DNA of 64,000 nt from Seison nebaliae (Eukaryota): the NCBI GenBank assembly GCA_023231475.1, contig JALJEE010002162.1, positions 1-64,000 on the forward strand, given 5' to 3'. The notes beneath the pieces were generated by a model. It did not search any database. It was not told the origin of the DNA and was given only the letters and a program-made list of their open reading frames with translations. Shown here piece after piece: positions 56,001 through 64,000 of the stretch. A program made the position numbers and the translations under genes. Numbering within the stretch: position 1 is the stretch's first letter; every line of letters starts with the position of its first letter.

Positions 56001-59000
56001 ATGGTTTCATATTAAATTAAAAAATATTAAAACAAATTAAATTGAGAAAGAAACATAAATTCTCCTTTCTATTTTTTTCTCTTGTAAAAAAAGAAAAGGA
56101 AACAGAGATCACTTCTCTTCAGTTGTCGTTGTCGTCTTGAACAAAATTGAAAATAAAGAGAGGATTGGGTGGGGTGAGAGCCAAATTCTTCTTCATCTCA
56201 ACTCTTTTTTTTTGAGAATAACAGAAAATTTCAGTTGGATGATATAGTATCTTCGATTTCTGATATGGCGATGGATTAGACGACGCCCCAAAAGACTAAA
56301 TATTGTCGGCAAAGGAAGTATATGAATAGTGGAGACAGAACGATTAACCTGATATGGGTGAATCTACAAGTTAATGTGGTGACGACGTTGCCGTTAAGTA
56401 AACAATTGATTCTTTTTTTTTTACAAGAAATATAGAGACAGTTATCATTATTCCACTATGTTTCCATTGTATCCGATGCTCCAAGTATGGGGGGAATACA
56501 TATAATAACGATCATGATGATAATTTAATTATAGTTTTATTAATTATTTCAACCAAATCTTATTGTTAATACTGCTCCCAAATCACATACATACTTATAT
56601 AGAGAACTATATAAATGTATCTGTTCGAATTCGAAGAAGGGCGAAAATTTTCATTGGAAAATTTTCGTTTGGGAATATGGAGGAAGGGGGGAGGGCTATG
56701 CGGAGAAGAGGATAAAAGGAAGTATAAATTAATGATATTCCACTAGAACAGAAATGATTACCTCAAAATCTTTTCAAAAAAATTAATTTTTTTTAAGGCA
56801 GTTCTTTCTCCTCCGACAAGAAACGATTTCAAACGTCATTCCAAACGAATATTGTTTATGTTTTTCAAAAGGGGGAACGACTCTATAATTATTGCGGAAT
56901 ATGAAAGAATAGTTCCATTATCATTCTCATTTTGACATCGGAATAATTTAGTTTGCCAATGAGAAATGTTTTTTAATTTTATCATTTTGCATTCATGGCA
57001 ACGGCATCAAACGATGATTACTGCCATTCTTAATGTTTCTCCAAAAAATTGAAGGTAGTTGAATTGTCTAATATTAAATCTGAAATGATTCTTAATTTAT
57101 TTCATTCCACATTGTGTTCTTTCTCTTCTGCTTTCATCTTTTCCTTGTACCTTTCTCTCATGATGATAAGAAGCAGACAATACAGACCATTATCAGGAGA
57201 AACTTTCATTCGTCATTAAAGATCGATGTTAAATAAATTTCTTCCTTCTTTCCTTCCCACCATTTGAACAAATTGGGAAGATATGCATTAAAATCTTAAA
57301 TATTAATGCTCTCATCATACATCTACGTCATACCAAACATATACACGAATGCACACATAATTACTAATATTACTAATTGAATCTATCCGTATGGAATAGA
57401 TGAAGTTCAGATGATGTATGTTTTGAAGATATATATATATATATATATCCATCCGATTCGTTATCCTTATACTCATCGTTTGTATTGGTGAGGGGATGGA
57501 AATTGAATTTGAAAGATTTCCTTCCAATTTCGTATGGCGTTGGATTATGGATTGTGTTTATTTTGAAAGTTTTGATTAAATAAAAATGTTATCCGAAAAG
57601 TTCATTTCAGTTAATACAAACAAAGATGATGGAATATTCATTTTTTTTTTGTTACACTTCCAATTAAAATAACATTTGAATAGATCATATCGATCAGAAA
57701 TAATCCTTTCCATTCTCAAATCATTTCAACTTTCTTTTGTTGATTTTTTGATGAGAACCGTTTCGTAACACTAGTGTACACTTTTCTCCCAGAGTTCTGA
57801 GTGGAGATTATTCATTTTTCAATGATTTCCCCTTCAACAATCCGACAGCATAAGTAACTGTTGAGCAATGAGAATATGAGCACTTCTACTACTCCTTCAT
57901 AGGAGAAGAGAATTGAAGTTTAAAAAAATTCGAGAATTGTAGTCCGTCCCGAAATGTTGGTCGAACTATTCGTTCAGAAGAAATAGAACCTCTCTGGATG
58001 GTTTAAATTCGGCTCATTGAAAGGATTTCTATTTTAAAAGTTTTGCTCTCGTAATTTTTCAGTTGAAATTTGATTAATGTGCACCAGAAGAAGAATTTCA
58101 TCGGAAAATTTTGAACTAACAAATTTTGATGTATATTTAATGATTGAGAAATAATGAAATAGAATTTTTTCAAATAATCATCATAATGATGAAGTTGGAA
58201 TGGGTGATGAGACTGGTGATGATTCTATAATAATAATTGTAAAAATGATGAGAATTTTCATCATAAATTTTATATATCAATTGATAATGAAAATAAATAG
58301 GAGTATCGTGAGAGAAGAGAATCGAGCGGTGAATACATTATTCTTCCAGTTTCAATGTTTCTCCTCTCAACTATTTCATAACCATTAAGTAATGCTAAAT
58401 AGCTATTTGAATTTTTCCAAGAATCTTTCCTTCGCTTTAAATTGGTTTTCTTTCTTCTTCGTTTTCCTTATTTAATGGAATGATTATCGATAATATCGAA
58501 TCACCTCGAACTTTCCTTTTCTCCTTTACTATTTACAAATCATGCTTCTTGATACTAGATGCTTCTACTGCTCCTCTCCCACTAACACTTCTGATGATGA
58601 TACTACCAAACTATTATCAAGTCCTATTATTACTTCAAACAATTAATAATTGAACTTATCATCGTCATTGATTGTAATTAAATAAATATGGAGCGAATCT
58701 TTCTGTCTTTCATTCAATATCATACTCCCTTCCATGTTTACTGCTCTCTGATGTAACAAATAGAATTCATACGAATAACATCTCTTTTAATGTATTCAAA
58801 TCACAAATATAATCAATAAATCTTCCTATTAATATTTGATAGAATTCGACAACGTACGAAACATAGATATTATCTAAGGAATAGATCTCATCGTGTATTG
58901 GCGAATAAACTGCGTTCTCCCGTCCCAAATTTAATTTATCTGTCTTTCTCAATGTTTTCTTTTTTAGTGCTGATGATGATGATGAATCTCCATAAATTTC

Positions 59001-59923
59001 TTTTAATCTTTCAATTCACCAATTTGAACATCGCATCAAACTGAATTTGCAGGTGAAGAACATGAGAATCAGCTTTATATCGACCCCATTGGCCCAGTGT
59101 CTTGTTGAGAAAGGATATTTGTGTGGTAAATAGTAACACTTCCAGAATAATTTGTTTCTCTCATCTCATTCTTTTCAGGTGGGAGGAAGAAGTAAATGAA
59201 TATAAAGGAGGAAAGGAGAATTTTCGGAGAATCGATCCAATTGTTCAAAACTTTTATTATTTTTTTCACTAATTCTTCAGCTTCACATGATATGAACTGA
59301 AAAAAATGATTACCTCGTCCTCATAGCAATATGGGGCGGAATGGAAAGTAAATGGATTTATTGGGCATAATTCTCTTCTGTTTATTGAATAACATCTACA
59401 GATGCATTAACGATAGAAGAAGATAAAGAAAGGGGGGAGAGCGGACAGAAACAGGAAAATTTCTTCAAATAAAATTTCTTTTTTCCCAAATATGAGTTGA
59501 ATGATTGAATAAATACAATTAATTAATCGATCAATCAATAAAGGAATCGTGTTTCAATTATTTACTTATCTCTATCTGCTACATGTGTACATGCACATCT
59601 GCTTGTATGTGATGGACAATTAATTTTCAATATCTATCGAAATTCCTTTTCACTTCAATCATTTTTTTTAAACGAAAAATGCAAATAAATATGGAAATTT
59701 CTTCCATTTCTCAAATATTTATTCTTTAAATTTTTCTAATTCTCCTCTTCTCCACCAAACGATGAATGATATGAGCCCTCTTGTCTCCTTGTTTATCAAT
59801 GCTTCCATCGAAATAACTTTTGTCTTCTTCTCTTCTTCCATACATAAGGGCGACGACGACAACGAATATCATAATCAGCAACACCACCGCCATCACCACA
59901 ATTACACACTATCTCCTCACATA

Positions 59924-59975
59924 TACACACACACACACACACACGAACATGCCGATGTACACACGTACACGCACA
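59924..59975. repeat. (CA)n microsatellite with degenerate extension
   Basis: Direct reading. Confidence 0.8.
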
Positions 59976-62900
59976 TATAGAGGACCCATTATAATAATTT
60001 TAGGTGAGGTCTCGATGACTCATAAAAAAACCATCTTACTTTCCTTTCAATCAACTAATCTCATTGTTCGAAATTTATTCGAAAACAAACGTCTTTTTTT
60101 TTCGAAATTTCTCTGTATTTCAAGAAAAGTTTTGAAAGTTTTCTCTCGTCCTTCTTCTTATCCTCCTGAGGGGAGATGGAAGGAGAAGCATGAGGATTTT
60201 TTGCAATTCCCTCCATATGACTGCTATTTGTTCGGACTAATAACTCGTAGTACTGTTGAAGAAGAGCTGAGAAGGGCTCAATGTAAACCAACTAAACTTT
60301 AAATGAGTTCAAGTCTTGAGAACAATGATAGAGATTGAGAGGAGAGATGGGCACATGAAAATTTTGAGAAAATTTTCTTCCAATTCTGTTTTTTTAATGG
60401 CGACTCCGAATTATTTGAAAACGAATTTCTTTTTTATATTTGAGTAAATATTAAAGTAATAAATTCGGCGGAATGGGACACACTAGTTGGGTAGAATTAG
60501 GAAGCAGGAGAGCTTCCAAAAAAAGAGACAACTTGACGAAAAAAGAGAGTTCCCAGCCGAAACATTGGAAGAAACGAAAAAATAGAGAGAAGGAATTGAT
60601 GAAAGCCTGACGAATCTGTCATTCAATTCCCTATTTTTTTTACTTCTAAAATTTTTTTTATATTTTTTTTTAAACGGAGATATTTATCTCTTTATTCTTC
60701 CATTCTTTTCAATTTTGCTGCATCTACATTCCTTTCCTTTTTGTTCGTTTTCCTTCGTGTTTTCGTCGATAGATAATAATAATAACGATTCTCATTCATA
60801 CTTTTTCAAATTTCTCCCATTTCATTCCTTCTTCTTTTTTTTTCATATTCAATATCACTCCTTTTCCCTCCAATTACTTCCTCTGCAACGAGATATGCCC
60901 ATGTTGCCCGAATCGATTCGGATGGACATATGCCATCCGAACTCTATATGTCAGAAGATTCCACGATCGAAATGAATTCAAGTCACTTGCATAGATCTTC
61001 TCTTAAGTCACTTTTTCCACACGTCTAATGTTTGCTCTAGTTTATGTGGAAGTTCTGTGTCTCTATCATTATCCGCATAACTTTTCTCTAGTTATTGATA
61101 AATGAATTTTGGTCATACTTCTTCCAATTCTCCTACACACTATCTCAACTCCTACAACATGGGATGAGAGCGGATGATATATACAAATCAATTATTGTTC
61201 ATGTGTCGGACGTGGATGTGACTCTCATATATGAGTAGGGGGCAGAATGAGCAGTCGATGTAGAACTAAAGATGATATGAAAAACAGACGATTCGTTTAA
61301 TAAGAAAAGCAATCGTTCGTGGAAATTAGCTGATAAATATGTTTAATGTAAATTATTTGGGTTGTTGAATGGACAAATGTTTCATTCATTTAAAACTAAA
61401 CCAATTTGAATGTGAAATAAAATTTTAAATTTATTTGAAAACTTTTGAGTTAACATCCTCTCTCTCTCTCTCCCTCTGTCCCGTTGGGTAAATTGAAAGA
61501 AAATTTTAATTTCCAATTACTTCCATCGGGAGGAGAGAAGAAGAAAGACAAATTAATTTAACATTTAAAATTGCCATTTAATTCCCTTTATAAGTCGGTT
61601 CAGAAGGGAACCAGAAAGGCGAAATATATATATGGAGTCGATTTCTCAACGGAAATCTCGTAATTGTCAGATTAAAGTATTCGTTTCAATTAACTAAGAG
61701 AGGAATGCAAAAGAATTCACAAATAATTATTGAAATTTTCCGTTTTTTGGCACTTTCCATTTGAACTGTAATTTGAGAGAGGGAAGCTGACGTCTCACAT
61801 ATGAAGTCTTTGTTGTGGCTGGCTCAAATTGGAAGGAGGGAGAATACTTTCCAGTTCTTTCTACTTCACTTGACTTCGACATCTAGTGAATTGGGAAAAC
61901 TTATTCTTAGCAGTGATCAATTTACTTACCAATAACTTACGTTATTGTGAAACGAAGTGAAGGAATTAGCTAAGAAGTTAGGTCTTAATAATTAGTAGTA
62001 AGTTGACTGGAAAATAGTTTCAATGTTTTTTTTATCATTTGATTTGCTGAGGGAGAGGTGTACATGCTTTGGAGAGATAAGTAGTTGTAAAATAATGGAT
62101 GTTAAGAGAGAAAGGAAAAGTAATTTTTAATGAAACGATTTGAGATAATTAGAAAATTATGAAGAAGAGGAAACATAGGGAAGAAAATAAATATTTTTGT
62201 ATAAGGAAGCGTTGAAAATATGTTAAAAAATAAAAAAGAAATATTTAACAATTTTAATTGTTCAAATTTCTACATTTTTCAAGTGAAAAAGATCGAGTGA
62301 AATTTTTTATTTGAAAATTGAAATTTAATTGAATTTTGTTTTATTGAAATTTGCTTCCTCCTTCATCCGTCCTCCAATATAGACGAATAAAGTTGACGTG
62401 ATAGCCCTTCCGGACGTAGTTGATGTACTCTACACAATAAGAACAACTCGTTCTTACTCATAGTTCATATCAACTAGATTTATACGTATACATTTGTTAC
62501 CCTATTTGTCAATTGCGCAATTATTAACGGCTAGAATCGCGACTCTAGATCGTGATTGACATACGACAAGTTTAGTTGTCACTTCAATGAGTGTGCTCCA
62601 GTGTGAGATGTGTGTGTGTGTGCGTGTGAAACGGTGTGTACGTTCTCGTATGTAGCGGGAGGTTGGCGAGTCGTGTTATGTGTGAAACTTTCCTAACGGT
62701 ACGGCATACTGTTAACGAATGTATTTCTATGGAATTTCCATTTCCATTTTTTTTCAAAATTATTCAATCCTTTCAAATTATCAATTTCTTATCTTTCCAT
62801 TCTTCGAAATGGCTTTATCCATTCCACGTACTCCAACTTACTTGTCTGGCGTATGATTCATAATGAGTGAAACTTATTTCATATTCACTTTTCATTTTTT

Positions 62901-63292
62901 TCTTCTTCCAATTTTTTTCCACACACAGACGACAGAAAGGGTGATTTGAACGGGAGAATAGACGAACTAGACTCACCATTGGAAAAGGTATATTCGTCCC
63001 AGACAATTTTAGATGAATGAAATCCAAGAAAGGAGAGAAAAACCAAAATTTTCATAAAAAATCTAACCAAATGTGGCAAGCTAAGTGAGTTTTGGTGCTT
63101 TTAAGAGAGAAACTCGACTGAATCACATTTTGTCATTTTGTTTGAAAGAAAACGAAGCTATTGCTTCCTTCCCAATCTCGATCAACGTTGACGAAGAAAA
63201 AAATTAGTTTCATTTACTGGTTATTGGAAGGAGAGAATTAGAACGTAAGAATTGGTACGTCTAAATCATCTGATAATTTTTTTTAACGGATT

Positions 63293-64000
63293 ATGAAAAC
63301 GGATACGGTGCAAATTCAAGATTATTTGGCGTCAGCTTCCAATAATGCTTCAGCATTGTCCAACAACAACAATACAAATTGTCTCTACTCAACGAACGAC
63401 AACTCGAACTATATTGAATCGATTCCAAGGAAGGCAGGTCGACGCAAACAAGAGAAACCGATTAGATTAAATTCGGAAAGAAATCTAATTACAGGGGAAA
63501 GTAATGTGGATATTAGTGTGGGACAGAATGATGGTAGAAGTACGAATGGCATCGTTAACAAATCAGTGGGATTACCACCACAATCTGAATCATCTTCTTC
63601 GTCATCGATTTCATCGACATTCTTAGTATCGAATGAAATGAATCAAATCGATAAGTTGAATAATGAGACAAATTTAAATAATTCTCATTCTACCGCTCCT
63701 CCCACCGTCAATAGAAGTGCTGAAACTTTCATCATAACCACAACCACGTCAGGCACAACGGCTTCCTCGTCCTGTTCATCAGGATCGTGTGACATGAACA
63801 CAGCCAATCAACAAATGGAGGATGAGAGTGACGGACATCGTCTCTCTTATCAGTCGAAGATGATGGAGAATTTATTGTGCAATTCGAATAGTCTATGCAT
63901 TTCCACAACTACCACCACCATCACCAACACTACTACCACAACAACGACAATGAACTATTTGAAGAGAGAGAATGTGGATTATGAATCTAATGTTTATAAT
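63293..64000 (+). CDS. 5'-partial ORF (236 codons, open at window end): N/S/T-rich disordered protein with RRKQEKP motif, probably a zinc-finger transcriptional regulator
   Basis: ATG at 63293 follows an in-frame TAA (63284). No stop for 708 nt in very AT-rich DNA. Translation MKTDTVQIQDYLAS...IPRKAGRRKQEKPIRLNS... No DNA-binding domain is visible within the window. Confidence 0.75.
   Translation, partial: MKTDTVQIQDYLASASNNASALSNNNNTNCLYSTNDNSNYIESIPRKAGRRKQEKPIRLNSERNLITGESNVDISVGQNDGRSTNGIVNKSVGLPPQSESSSSSSISSTFLVSNEMNQIDKLNNETNLNNSHSTAPPTVNRSAETFIITTTTSGTTASSSCSSGSCDMNTANQQMEDESDGHRLSYQSKMMENLLCNSNSLCISTTTTTITNTTTTTTTMNYLKRENVDYESNVYN

Noticed and set aside
59820..60302. 160-aa ORF, and the many other 60-130 aa ORFs in the deserts
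   Set aside because: They are driven by microsatellites or AT-rich codon bias (F/I/L/K-rich), or lie antisense to real exons; no domains.

Overview
AT-rich eukaryotic DNA, most likely an invertebrate animal; the species cannot be determined from sequence alone. Four protein-coding genes were reconstructed by hand across mostly very short (51-73 nt) GT-AG introns: (1) a plasma-membrane Ca2+-ATPase (PMCA/ATP2B, minus strand, 670-7787) with candidate alternative C-terminal exons at the calmodulin-binding 'site C'; (2) a CAAP1-domain protein with a long acidic coiled-coil tail (plus, 29087-30558); (3) a TBC1D30-like Rab-GAP (minus, 30873-33423); (4) the 5' part of a low-complexity protein with an RRKQxxP NuRD-recruitment-type motif (plus, 63293 to window end), which the ORF track misses. 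About 21 kb and 30 kb of non-coding DNA separate the genes and carry microsatellites, a 346-bp foldback MITE and a few short hairpins. The most unusual signal is in the splice donors: 11 of 12 inferred donors begin GTT rather than GTR, and 8 of 12 lack both -1G and +5G, pointing to divergent 5' splice-site recognition. No tRNA, rRNA, snRNA, convincing miRNA or CRISPR array was found.
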